Of a stretch of DNA of 64,000 nt, positions 1-9,579 are shown one piece after another. Within the stretch, counting starts at the first letter, position 1, and each line of letters starts with the position of its first letter. Made by a program: the position numbers and the translations under genes. The notes beneath the pieces were generated by a model. That model did not search any database. It was not told the origin of the DNA and saw nothing but the letters and a program-made list of their open reading frames with translations. The DNA comes from Bacillota bacterium (GTDB lineage: Bacteria; Bacillota; Ch66; Ch109): positions 4,807 through 68,806 of the forward strand of contig JBMNLH010000003.1 in NCBI GenBank assembly GCA_050952625.1, written 5' to 3'.

Positions 1-513
1 CCGAAAAGTCTGATAAAACCGGGCCCAAATTTCTCCTTCAATACGCAACAACTGTTTAATATCGCCAACAGCATCGACCAAACGCGGTACATCCTTGCGT
101 AGCCAGTCCAGATAGTCCTTCAGCTCACTTTTCCCATGCCTGTAGTAATGGTAGAGTACAAAATAAATATTTTTGGAGATTCCCTTAACAATCGGTCCGG
201 CAATCTTTAACCTGTTTTGCTTATAAGCCAAAGCCTGAGCAACCGTTAACCTCCCGCTCAATAGTTGTTCTTTGGGATAGAATGTCCCTATGTAGTTTCC
301 ATAATAACCAAAAAAATGCACTACAATGCCCGCTTTCGCTAAAAGCTGCAGCAATTTTGTGCTAAGAGTAATTTCATTAAAACAGTACAATTCCCGCGTA
401 TCCTTTATGGGAAGATAGATATTCCCGTCTTCTTTGTGGAAAACAATAGAAAAATCCCTCTGATATAAATCCCCTGTTGAAAAAATATAACGGGTATCAC
501 TGCTCGTTCCGAT
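1..513 (-). CDS. cas1: Cas1 integrase, N-terminal part (gene runs off the left edge)
   Basis: My translation of the minus strand from about 513 gives ..SDTRYIFSTGDLYQRDFSIVFHKEDGNIYLPIKDTRELYCFNEITLSTKLLQLLAKAGIVVHFFGYYGNYIGTFYPKEQLLSG.., a typical type I-B Cas1 N-terminal domain. It follows cas4 after an AAGGGAGGGA RBS. There is no ATG/GTG/TTG at the expected start (see findings). Confidence 0.85.
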   Translation of the reverse strand, partial: MGTSSDTRYIFSTGDLYQRDFSIVFHKEDGNIYLPIKDTRELYCFNEITLSTKLLQLLAKAGIVVHFFGYYGNYIGTFYPKEQLLSGRLTVAQALAYKQNRLKIAGPIVKGISKNIYFVLYHYYRHGKSELKDYLDWLRKDVPRLVDAVGDIKQLLRIEGEIWARFYQTFR

Positions 514-528
514 CCTCTATCCCTCCCT

Positions 529-1014
529 TTAGATAAAGCAGTAATCATAATAGGCACATTTTCTGCAAGTTGGCTTTTTAATTGGCGGCGGTGGCAGCTC
601 TCGCTTTAAGAAAAGCTCTATCTCGTGATATTTGGCCTTGCGTTCCTCGATCTCTTCTTCCGTTAAGGTTAAAGTATGGACGCTTTTACTTTGCTTGTTC
701 TTTTCTAGACATTCCAACCGCCCTTTGCGTAAAATTCCCTTGTCATGCAAAACGACCAGATAAAATTCCAATTGCGCTTTAGCTGCTGCCAGGTCAGCAT
801 CAGATTTCTTGATTTCCGTAACATATTCCGCTGTTAGTTTATCAAGCTTGATGCCTTCTAGGGCTATCTCTTCTTTCCCCTGCCTCTTCAACTCATGTAA
901 TACCTTGCCAATGCGGACATCTTCTGAGTTGTCCTCTAAATTTATATTGTGGTAAAACAGCCAGCACTGCCGCTGGCAATGTGTATAGTAATTGACAACT
1001 GTTCCGGTCAGCAT
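529..1014 (-). CDS. cas4: Cas4 RecB-like nuclease
   Basis: 161 aa with an N-terminal Cys (YTHCQRQCW) and a C-terminal CRKCAYYDYC cysteine cluster typical of Cas4. It sits between cas3 and cas1. Confidence 0.85.
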   Translation of the reverse strand: MLTGTVVNYYTHCQRQCWLFYHNINLEDNSEDVRIGKVLHELKRQGKEEIALEGIKLDKLTAEYVTEIKKSDADLAAAKAQLEFYLVVLHDKGILRKGRLECLEKNKQSKSVHTLTLTEEEIEERKAKYHEIELFLKRELPPPPIKKPTCRKCAYYDYCFI

Positions 1015-3398
1015 TACAAAAATATCCCCCCATAGTATTTCTCCAATGCCTCCCTGTTCAAAACCCCATCTTCAACAAAACGTTCTCCGCCATCAATAAA
1101 ATAATAACCATTGTATTCCTCGACACCATCGGGAATTTGGTCCCGAAATACCGTAAATGTGAAATAGGACATTTTTTGTGCCATTCTGGAATACTCAATC
1201 ATGCGCTGGGCGTAGCCCATTTCTTTATCGCTGTCCAGGGCTTTAAATTCCTCCCACACTTGGTACCCGTCTAAGTCCTCCCAGACATATGGAATAAAAA
1301 GTTGCCAGTTACGTTCAATTAAGCGCATCTGCTCTTCTATTTTCTTACAATTGAATTGGGCACAATTTTCATCTAGATTAGCCAAATTTTTCTGGTTAGC
1401 TTTACTTGTTTGGGCTATTAAATCTGTAAAAATCCGTGCATAAATTTCGTCAAAGCGTTTGCCCTGAAGATATTGCCGTATGGTCGGATCATGGATGGAA
1501 TAATTCAGCCTGGCATCCCCTCTGTAGATAAACGATGCATCATCTAAATCAAAAAAATAGGCAACAGCCCCTTCGGTATTCAGGCAGGACCTATTGATTC
1601 GTCCCATAAATTGCTCTTCGGCATCAGGCAGAGAAATATCTTTAAAGCCAATTTCCATATCAATGTTGATCCCGGCTTCAATGACCTGAGTAGCAATAAG
1701 CATAAGTTTCTCGCCACTATTGATCCGCTGGATCACCTGGTCTCTTCTGGCCGCATTATCGTCGCCGGTAAGCAAAACAGCATTACAATCTTCTTTGCAA
1801 AGCTCGTAAAATTTCCTGGCTGTTTTTTTCTTAATGAATTCCACCAGTACCCGTTTGCCCTGAAAATGCAATACTTCTTCTTTCAGTTCCTCCAGAGTAA
1901 TCTTACCTTTTTCCAGCAAAGAAAAATCTGGCCGCACCCTACTCTGAAAAAGCGGATGCTGGTAATACCTTTGCGCATCTTCCACCAGTGTGGCAAATTG
2001 TGCGTCTACTGTCCTGAGCAGTTGGTCCAACTGCGGCAACGTAGCCGACATTATAATGATTTTAATGTGCAGCTGCTGCGCATAACTTTGTAAAAAACTA
2101 ATTATTTCGCGCCAGATGCGATTTTTATAACTTTGGATTTCATCAAGAATGACCACACTGTTGCATAATTTAAGCAAGGGAAAGCACTGCTCACGCCCAC
2201 ATCCAAACAAAACATTAAAAAAATTAACATGTGAAGTTAGGATAATTGAATAATTGTTAAAAATATGATCCAGCCAAGCCGCCTCATATTTATCTTTCCG
2301 GTCGTCTTGCCCCATCATAACCGGGGTAATGGAGTTGATGACCGTTAGTTGATCACCGAAATAAGGAAGCATAGTTTTCCTGGTTTGCTCCACCAGAGTG
2401 TTAAAAGGGAAAATATAAAAAACATTATTAATCTTGGAATCCATTTCCATGACCCGCAGGGTCAGATTAATAGCCATATTCGTTTTACCAGCACCCGTAG
2501 GGGCTTCCAGGTAATAGATGTGAGCCTCCGGTTTAGCCAGCAGATTTCGTTCAGTTTCTAAAAATAATTGATTGCGCAGGGCATTGATCGGATCTCCGCT
2601 AAATACTGCCGGATCCTGCTGGTATTGACGAATGCTTTGACAGATGTCACTGTTATCGTAACTTTGCTTTAAAGCTTCCCCGCCGTCTTGAATGACCGCA
2701 GGTTGCATGGCGTGGCCTGTCATAAATTCCTGGGTAGCACAGTAATCACAACCCGTAATCAAGGCATAAAGTAACCGACACAGGATATAAAAGCTAACCG
2801 GTTGTTCAACTACTCTGGACTCCTGCATATAATAACGGATATTTTCAAAGATACTGCTGTCCAGCTCGCTTTGGTAATATCTTTCATTCCAAGTTTCAAG
2901 GTTTGAAAAATCATGTCCGTTGTCTAATTTTCTGTGATGTTTGCAGATACAGTAGGCGAAAGCTGCCAGGCATTTTTGAACGATCTTAGAGGGATTATCA
3001 AGCAAAATCTTGTACATCTGATCGATATAGATATAAGCAGAGGCTATGGCATGATGAGAATTTCTTGCCTGCCTGCAGTTAGTTCTAAACAACTCGTTTT
3101 CCAGCACCTCGTATTGATAACGGGGGTTAATTTTACCTGCATCATGTAAATAAATGGCGTAGAGGAACATTAAATATACTGTTTGCTTTTCATCTCCCCG
3201 TAAACCACAGGCGGTAATCAATCCTTGAACAACTTCTTCAATACCCTTATATTCGCAATACACCTCATAATAGTGTAAAGTAAGTCGGGAATGGGCTAGC
3301 AGAGTTTCCGTTTCCCTGGTGCCGCCGAATATCCTAGTATGGGCTAGATAACGGGCATCCTGCAGCAGTTCGGGGGTAATCAAATTAATTCTTTTCAT
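1014..3398 (-). CDS. cas3: Cas3 HD nuclease/helicase
   Basis: 794 aa. N-terminal HD motif (YLHDAGKINPRYQ), helicase Walker A (APTGAGKT) and DEIQ box. GGAGGGG RBS upstream of the ATG. Confidence 0.9.
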   Translation of the reverse strand: MKRINLITPELLQDARYLAHTRIFGGTRETETLLAHSRLTLHYYEVYCEYKGIEEVVQGLITACGLRGDEKQTVYLMFLYAIYLHDAGKINPRYQYEVLENELFRTNCRQARNSHHAIASAYIYIDQMYKILLDNPSKIVQKCLAAFAYCICKHHRKLDNGHDFSNLETWNERYYQSELDSSIFENIRYYMQESRVVEQPVSFYILCRLLYALITGCDYCATQEFMTGHAMQPAVIQDGGEALKQSYDNSDICQSIRQYQQDPAVFSGDPINALRNQLFLETERNLLAKPEAHIYYLEAPTGAGKTNMAINLTLRVMEMDSKINNVFYIFPFNTLVEQTRKTMLPYFGDQLTVINSITPVMMGQDDRKDKYEAAWLDHIFNNYSIILTSHVNFFNVLFGCGREQCFPLLKLCNSVVILDEIQSYKNRIWREIISFLQSYAQQLHIKIIIMSATLPQLDQLLRTVDAQFATLVEDAQRYYQHPLFQSRVRPDFSLLEKGKITLEELKEEVLHFQGKRVLVEFIKKKTARKFYELCKEDCNAVLLTGDDNAARRDQVIQRINSGEKLMLIATQVIEAGINIDMEIGFKDISLPDAEEQFMGRINRSCLNTEGAVAYFFDLDDASFIYRGDARLNYSIHDPTIRQYLQGKRFDEIYARIFTDLIAQTSKANQKNLANLDENCAQFNCKKIEEQMRLIERNWQLFIPYVWEDLDGYQVWEEFKALDSDKEMGYAQRMIEYSRMAQKMSYFTFTVFRDQIPDGVEEYNGYYFIDGGERFVEDGVLNREALEKYYGGIFL

Positions 3399-3471
3399 GG
3401 ATACCCCTCCGAATTAAACAGGCAGCTAGCCGAAACCGATTCGACTGCTGCACTGTAATTCACTTTCTAAT

Positions 3472-4221
3472 TCAATAAAAGCAATACTGCCGCTCCCCAT
3501 CCGTATAAAGAAAGGGCGGTAGGGCAGCTTCAGGAATGGTTCCATTGGTAAAAACATAACGTCCGAATTCATAAAAATTATGGTTAGGCACCAAACCAAT
3601 TGGAGCCGTTTCCACAAATAAATACTGGGATGGTTCACCTTCATCCAGAGCTTTTAGATCTCCTTCGTACAAAAACAGCGAATCAATACGGGACTGCCTT
3701 GAGGGAGAAAGCTCCACCATCTGCACATCCTCGATTTGAGCTGGAAAATCATTGCGGCCTAAATAGGGAAGGTAGACGCACTTACCCTGCTGTAGACTTT
3801 GGCAAAGTTTGTCCCAGACAGCATCATCCAGATTATGCTGGGCTAATAAAATTGTCCAGCTGGGATTTTCCAGCCATTGTTCCCGCACCTGTAAATTACC
3901 GCCTTTTTCTTTTGACGCATAACCCACGCTGTTGTTGAAGTATTGTATTTTCTTAGTGAAATAACCGTTTTTGCCTTTGGGGATCACCGATACCTGCAGA
4001 GAGGAAAGCACCTCGTAAAATTCCGGAAAGACTCGCTCTTCCTCTCCGTGGAGTTTGGCATTGCGGTAGCCGCTCAGGCCTAAAACCGCTCCCAAAAGTC
4101 CAAGCAGGGCAACTTTATGGATATTGTTATAAGTGAAATAAACATGGGTATTCACGTCGGGCTGCCGGAAGCAAGCTGCTGGCCCGGAAAGAGTGAAGCA
4201 CAGACTTTTCATCATCTTCAC
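3472..4221 (-). CDS. cas5: Cas5 (type I-B, Cas5h-like)
   Basis: 249 aa with N-terminal LCFTLSGPAACFRQP, the Cas5 signature. Positioned between cas7 and cas3. Confidence 0.8.
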   Translation of the reverse strand: MKMMKSLCFTLSGPAACFRQPDVNTHVYFTYNNIHKVALLGLLGAVLGLSGYRNAKLHGEEERVFPEFYEVLSSLQVSVIPKGKNGYFTKKIQYFNNSVGYASKEKGGNLQVREQWLENPSWTILLAQHNLDDAVWDKLCQSLQQGKCVYLPYLGRNDFPAQIEDVQMVELSPSRQSRIDSLFLYEGDLKALDEGEPSQYLFVETAPIGLVPNHNFYEFGRYVFTNGTIPEAALPPFLYTDGERQYCFY

Positions 4222-4224
4222 CCC

Positions 4225-5157
4225 TTAATAAATAGACTGAACGTCACATGGCAGCGACCCATAATCTACCTCGACAGTTTCTAAGTTATAATACAGTTCC
4301 ACTGATTGGATATCTTTCAAGCGTGGTTCCAAAACTTTGGCTAGTTTGGTCAGATCGTATAAAATGTGGTCTCCTTGCTTACGTACCGTTACATAACGAT
4401 CCAAATTAGCCAAAAATAACTGGCTACCCTCTTTTAATTCGATAAATAAGGCCAATTCATTTTCGCAGCCACTTTTAGAATTGGTATTAAACGCTGTGGT
4501 GGCCACTCTGGCGGCCCATTTGAACTTTTCATACGCTTCATTGGTATAGCCTTCAAATCCTTCAGCCAGTCCGATAAAATCGTTATAGTTGGCTGGATTG
4601 ACTGAAAAAGAATACACATAATGCGCTTCATCAGTAACAATCTTAGTTCCCATAGAAGAGGCCAGTTTTCCCTCACTCTTCTCATTAGAATTACGGAAGG
4701 GCGAAAGAATCTCCTGGGTCAGCACATGGGTATCCGCAAAAAGGTTACGTCCCTGGTTGATTTGCACCGCTCCTGTGATACTGATGTTTTGTTTTTTTTC
4801 GGCGAATGTAGCACCAAAATTCATAACATCAATAGCGGAAAACAGCTTGCCTAAAACCTCTTTAGAAGAAGTTTTTTCATCCAAATGCCCAAAGAGGAAT
4901 GTGTATCTCTCATTTAAATCCCTGGGTTGAATTTTTTCGCCCTCTTTATCAACCTGCATACTTTGCATACTTTTAATGTAAAGTACCGGCTCACCCTGCA
5001 TCTGCCACATACGCTTCATCGGATATTTAAGAGCTTTATCGCTGGCAAAGATATGATTATCGGTGGTCGTTTTGGGATATCCAGACAGGTCGGCATTGAA
5101 ATTGGCCATATAAGCACCGACGGCAAGAATTCCATAGACTCTATTTTCCTTCTTCAT
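4225..5157 (-). CDS. cas7: Cas7 (Csh2-like backbone subunit)
   Basis: 310 aa. The N-terminal YGILAVGAYMANFNADLSGYPK matches the Csh2/Cas7 NxNxD motif region. Confidence 0.8.
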   Translation of the reverse strand: MKKENRVYGILAVGAYMANFNADLSGYPKTTTDNHIFASDKALKYPMKRMWQMQGEPVLYIKSMQSMQVDKEGEKIQPRDLNERYTFLFGHLDEKTSSKEVLGKLFSAIDVMNFGATFAEKKQNISITGAVQINQGRNLFADTHVLTQEILSPFRNSNEKSEGKLASSMGTKIVTDEAHYVYSFSVNPANYNDFIGLAEGFEGYTNEAYEKFKWAARVATTAFNTNSKSGCENELALFIELKEGSQLFLANLDRYVTVRKQGDHILYDLTKLAKVLEPRLKDIQSVELYYNLETVEVDYGSLPCDVQSIY

Positions 5158-5173
5158 TCCTGCAACCTCCCTT

Positions 5174-6985
5174 TTAATCTAAAGTTTTCTCCTTATTCCC
5201 CTTAGAGTCTTTAGCCTTATCCGTATAATAAATAATGCTACTTGCCGCAAAGCCGTAAAACAAGGCGTCTAGGTTAATGGGTTCCTCTTGTTCGGGTTCA
5301 TAAGAAGATACAATACTCAACATATGATTAAATCTAAAATTATCAATATCAATGTCGTAAGCATATTTTTGAAAGTGTTTACGATGTTCTTTTTTGATGT
5401 CTTCCACACTTTTGGCAGACGCAATCCCACGCCATAACACATCATAATGCAGTTTCTGGGCCTGACTTCGGCTGAAATAATAATAAAGAAGCTGCCCAGC
5501 TGCCAAATAAAACTCCAATGCGCTCTGGCAGGCAATATGTTCTTTTCTACTGTCCGTATTAATAACTTTATCTTTTAAAGCAATGTAAGCTTTTTCGATA
5601 GCATATCCCACATCGTTTTCCCCCTCACTAAAATAGTTTAGGAGTGCTAACCGGACATTTAGTGCATAAGCGAGGGTAGTAATATATTCCAAATTTTGCA
5701 ACCGTGCCAAAAGCACTCCCATTGTAGCCTTGTCGACACAATTCTGTATAGGAAACTCGTTTCCTTTCCTCAGCCAGGAATGCAAAGCCTCTCGCGTCAA
5801 CATAATTTGAACAGCCAGCAGCTGAGGTAAGTTATCAGTCATTTGAATTTTTTCCACGTAATAATTACGGACCAGCTGTCCCCCATACAAATAAATATTG
5901 ATATGAGCCTCTACAGCACTCAAAGTGTTCAACGTTCCACCCGGATATTTTGGAGCATCCAGGTAATTTTCGAAAAGCACCGGCCTGTCCATCCGGTCCT
6001 TAAAACTAGGCAGAAAATCGTAATCATCCACCGTTAGATCCATTCCTCTGTCCAAATGGACATAGGCAGCAGGTTTACGCACTTTCATCTCACCTGCCGC
6101 GACAAAAAGCCCGGGATCATGTTGGCCGATTGGAAAATAACCGGTATAAAGGGGTTTCCCTTCCCTTTCCTGCCCGTTAAGCCACAAAAACAATTTGCGT
6201 AATAAAACACCTTCCCCGGCGGTGATGCGATAAGGAACCTTAAATGCTGTTGTTTTGTGTTCCAAGTAAGGCTTTTTAGCGTTCATACCCATATTAACGT
6301 TAGATAACCCAAGTACCTGATCGTTAATTTCGATGTTATAGCTGTTGCTGTTAAATATTTTAGGCAGTAAGTAGCGACCACTTTCATAAATATAGTCATT
6401 TAGGTTAGCATCCAAAAATATTTTAATGTAGCAGTTATCTTTGATGTTCTGCTGGATAATTCTTTCCGCTACGGCCTCCAAAGCAGAAAGAAATCGTGCT
6501 TTGCATTTCTCAACTGTTTCGGATTGCAGTGGTTCATATCCAGCGTTTTTTAGAATTTCAGTACTTTCTTTATCTCTAGCAGCGAGCAAGGTATTGAAAT
6601 AACGGTCAATGTGTTCCTTTAAATCAGGTCGCACCCCTCCCGCCCCAAAAACTTCGTGCTTGCAAAACAGTGTGAATATATTATTACTATGGATTTTTTT
6701 CTTGGGATCTACCGGTTTATTCATTTCAATTAAACTGCTGGCAAAATCGGCCTGTTTAAACCACTCGAACAGGGGATTGTTTTCGGGCCAAACCATTTTT
6801 TTCGTTACATAAAATTCGTCCATCGTACCATCTTTGTTTAAACGAAGATATAATCCGGGTTTAAGGCGGTAATTCTGCACCACCATTGTGTCTGGATCAA
6901 AATCCGGGTATTGGTTTTGATGATCGGTAAACTCATTGAGTAGTTCCTTTAGCAATGTATCACCTCCCGGTAATGCAATAGCCAA
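5174..6985 (-). CDS. cas8b: Cas8b large subunit (Csh1-like)
   Basis: 603 aa ORF in the large-subunit position between cas6 and cas7 of a I-B operon. No other recognisable domain. Confidence 0.65.
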   Translation of the reverse strand: MAIALPGGDTLLKELLNEFTDHQNQYPDFDPDTMVVQNYRLKPGLYLRLNKDGTMDEFYVTKKMVWPENNPLFEWFKQADFASSLIEMNKPVDPKKKIHSNNIFTLFCKHEVFGAGGVRPDLKEHIDRYFNTLLAARDKESTEILKNAGYEPLQSETVEKCKARFLSALEAVAERIIQQNIKDNCYIKIFLDANLNDYIYESGRYLLPKIFNSNSYNIEINDQVLGLSNVNMGMNAKKPYLEHKTTAFKVPYRITAGEGVLLRKLFLWLNGQEREGKPLYTGYFPIGQHDPGLFVAAGEMKVRKPAAYVHLDRGMDLTVDDYDFLPSFKDRMDRPVLFENYLDAPKYPGGTLNTLSAVEAHINIYLYGGQLVRNYYVEKIQMTDNLPQLLAVQIMLTREALHSWLRKGNEFPIQNCVDKATMGVLLARLQNLEYITTLAYALNVRLALLNYFSEGENDVGYAIEKAYIALKDKVINTDSRKEHIACQSALEFYLAAGQLLYYYFSRSQAQKLHYDVLWRGIASAKSVEDIKKEHRKHFQKYAYDIDIDNFRFNHMLSIVSSYEPEQEEPINLDALFYGFAASSIIYYTDKAKDSKGNKEKTLD

Positions 6986-7676
6986 ATCCTAATCCATTTT
7001 TTTCCAACAAACCCGCCGCCAATGCAGTGATAGCCAACTGCTGGGCCCAAGGGTGGGGCTTTACTCTCAACCGCACTTTATGTCCGAGCAAAATAGCACT
7101 TTTCCCTTTGTAGTTGGTAACTATGGGTTTTTTATTAAGCAGTTCAATATGTTCAAAGAAAAATTCTTCCGGTTCAGTAAAGGATGCGTCCAAAATTCTG
7201 TATTTTTTGAGAGCGTTCACATGTAGACGCTCGGAAAGAAGTCCAAGGCCATTCTCCGGTAGCCAATAGCGGTTATTATAAGTACATACGATAGGTGTCA
7301 ATGTAATCAGTTCTGTTATATGCTTTGGGGTATAATTTTTTAATTCACTTGAAATAACTCTGACTAGGCCTTGTGCTTTAGGTAAAAACTGCTTTAATCT
7401 AAGGGCAAGCTTTAAGTTTAATGTACGTAAGTTGAAGCAGTACATCCTTCCTTTTCGATAAACCCGATCAGCCTCTAAAGGATAGGGTGCACAGAAAACA
7501 TAGTGTTTAAATACATTCCGATGATGAAACTCTTTTAACTCTGCATCGAAAAGCATGCTATTATTAATAATCTCCGCCAAAACAGACTGCGCCTCATTCG
7601 CAGGCACGTCTTGTTTAAATTGTACAGTGGACAAAATTTCATAGTAACAATGTAACAGTGTTTTCACCTCCTTCAA
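6960..7676 (-). CDS. cas6: Cas6 crRNA endoribonuclease
   Basis: 238 aa with the C-terminal glycine-rich loop GLLEKNGLGFGYC typical of Cas6. First gene of the operon. Confidence 0.75.
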   Translation of the reverse strand: MKEVKTLLHCYYEILSTVQFKQDVPANEAQSVLAEIINNSMLFDAELKEFHHRNVFKHYVFCAPYPLEADRVYRKGRMYCFNLRTLNLKLALRLKQFLPKAQGLVRVISSELKNYTPKHITELITLTPIVCTYNNRYWLPENGLGLLSERLHVNALKKYRILDASFTEPEEFFFEHIELLNKKPIVTNYKGKSAILLGHKVRLRVKPHPWAQQLAITALAAGLLEKNGLGFGYCITGR

Positions 7677-8487
7677 TGCTATATTATTTTTTTAGTTACT
7701 CAATAATTAAAACAATACTTTAAAATGAAATATCCGTCAATAACCTTTTTCATTTTTTATTGATTTTTTCCAGTTGCCATTTTAATAAGCTTGGGTATAC
7801 TATGTATTGAAACAAGCCATGTATTGAAATATGCTTTATTATTTTTTAAGTGTTGATTCTGCAACCTTCACATCTAATGTTTTGTGCGTTGCGCATGTGA
7901 AAACCGAAACATAGTGTTTGTTTCAATTACAAAGGCAGCACCTTTCTTCGTATGATTAAAAGTGCTGTTTTTTTATTTAGCTATGCCGATTACAAAGTTA
8001 TGTACATCGTTATGCGGTATCTTTTAATTGTTGCAATCATGTTATACCGCCTCACTTCAGAATATATAAACCCGACGAATTACCTTGGTTTTACAAATTT
8101 GGACTCCATATGGATACTTTCGCTAAAATTTTTGTTTTTCCTTCTCAATCCATGTTTTCCAGATCACTCTTTTAATTATGTTTAGTTAAATAGATCAATG
8201 CATTTTCAGACTTTAATTTGATTTAGAAGCCAATAAAAATTTTTTGATTTAACTTAGTTCGCAATTAAGCTACACCCATTGTTTGACAAGACGGGCAGTT
8301 AATTTTAGAATTTGTCTGCAAAATCACATACCAGCCCTTGCCGAAGATAGTAAGGCCTCTTTTGCTTTACGCAATTTATGAATTGAAAGAAATGTGCAAT
8401 AATTATTACAATAACCCTACTGCTTCATTTCATTAGCCACCCTCCCCAAATTTCTGCTATAATCAATTAATAAATTAAACACGGTAT

Positions 8488-8593
8488 ACCGCTAGGGGTG
8501 CCTGAAGGCTGAGAGGCGATAGCCAACCCTTAGAACCTGTGGTTGAGGCAATGATCAACCATTCTGGATAATACCAGCGTAGGGAAGTGGTGC
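8488..8593 (+). ncRNA. TPP (THI-box) riboswitch aptamer
   Basis: CTAGGGGTGCC..GCTGAGA..ACCCTTAGAACCTG..(variable hairpin)..CTGGATAATACCAGCGTAGGGAA, closed by a TACCGC/GTGGTG P1 stem. thiT lies downstream. Confidence 0.9.
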
Positions 8594-8615
8594 GAAGAAA
8601 GAATAAGCTGATCGC

Positions 8616-8647
8616 CATATGCCGCTTGGTATATGGTTTTTGTTTTT
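8616..8647 (+). terminator. Riboswitch expression-platform terminator
   Basis: CCATAT..ATATGG stem followed by TTTTTGTTTTT. Confidence 0.7.
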
Positions 8648-8661
8648 AACTACTAATTAAA

Positions 8662-8697
8662 TTAAAGAATCCAGTTAGCTTAAAGAATCCAGTTAGC
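8662..8697. repeat. Perfect 18-bp tandem duplication (TTAAAGAATCCAGTTAGC x2)
   Basis: Read directly from the sequence. It lies between the riboswitch terminator and the thiT start. Confidence 0.95.
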
Positions 8698-8828
8698 GAT
8701 TTAAAGTTAAGAGTGGCACGCCAAGCATTACGGCGTTGGTTAAACGATTGTTTTCATCAGTTATGTCTGGCGGGCGTGGGTATTTTGTCAATCGAACCAA
8801 AATTTTCTCATAACCTGGAGGGAGTAAA

Positions 8829-9362
8829 ATGCGTTTTCTAAACCTGCGTGTAATGGTTGAAATAGCGGTTATGCTTGGTCTGGCGGCGGTTCTGGGGATG
8901 ATCAAGATTTATCAGGCACCCTGGGGTGGCTCGGTTTCGCTGGAGATGCTGCCTTTATTTATTGTGGCTTACCGCTGGGGGCTTAGGCCTGGACTGATCG
9001 CCGGCCTGGTTTACGGTTTGTTGAATCTTTCCCTGGATGGGATGCGTTTCATTGTTCACCCGATTCAATTGCTCTTGGATTACCCGGTTGCCTTTGCGTT
9101 AGTCGGCTTGGCCGGCTTGTTTCCCGGCCATTACTGGCTCGGAACGATCATCGGCAGCCTGGCTCGGTTAGCTTCACATGTAGTCTCCGGGGCCATCTTT
9201 TTTGGTGCCTTCGCCCCGGAAGGGCAAAACGTGTGGGTGTATTCGCTGGTCTATAATAGCAGCTATATCCTGCCGGAAATGGTCATCTCCGGTTTGTTGA
9301 TCTGGCTAATCGCCAAAAGAACCCGCCATCTGGGATTGTTAAAGCACCAAAGTAACAAGTAA
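8829..9362 (+). CDS. thiT: Thiamine ECF-transporter S component ThiT
   Basis: 177 aa, multi-TM. It resembles B. subtilis ThiT/YuaJ as I recall it (GGSVS..LP.F...RWG, LLLDY..AF, HV.SGAIFFG.FAP.G..VW.YSL.YN.SY). Preceded by the TPP riboswitch and a GGAGGGAG RBS. Confidence 0.85.
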   Translation: MRFLNLRVMVEIAVMLGLAAVLGMIKIYQAPWGGSVSLEMLPLFIVAYRWGLRPGLIAGLVYGLLNLSLDGMRFIVHPIQLLLDYPVAFALVGLAGLFPGHYWLGTIIGSLARLASHVVSGAIFFGAFAPEGQNVWVYSLVYNSSYILPEMVISGLLIWLIAKRTRHLGLLKHQSNK

Positions 9363-9383
9363 GTCCGTCTAAAAAGAACAGGG

Positions 9384-9406
9384 GGGACAGATTATCTGTC
9401 CCTTTT
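9384..9406 (+). terminator. thiT terminator / RE-C-like palindrome GGGACAGATTATCTGTCCC
   Basis: Perfect 7-bp arms followed by TTTT, 22 nt after the thiT stop. Confidence 0.75.
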
Positions 9407-9579
9407 GAATTTTTACCCATAATTTGCTGTCCCGCCAACCAATAATGATTATTTGATTGATCATGAAAGGACACTGCAGAAAAATGGCTTTTAGTTTATG
9501 TTTTGTTTTTAACTTGATATAATAATCATCAAAGAAAGAAGAACCCTGGAGGAAGAATATTTAATGAAGGCGTCGCTGT

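Noticed and set aside
7952-8185. 77-aa ORF in the spacer upstream of cas6
   Set aside because: The translation is AT-rich and low-complexity (F/L/I/Y/N), with no RBS. It is most likely a chance ORF in AT-rich DNA.
8693-8905. 70-aa minus-strand ORF overlapping the thiT start
   Set aside because: It overlaps the well-supported thiT CDS and its RBS, and has no independent support.
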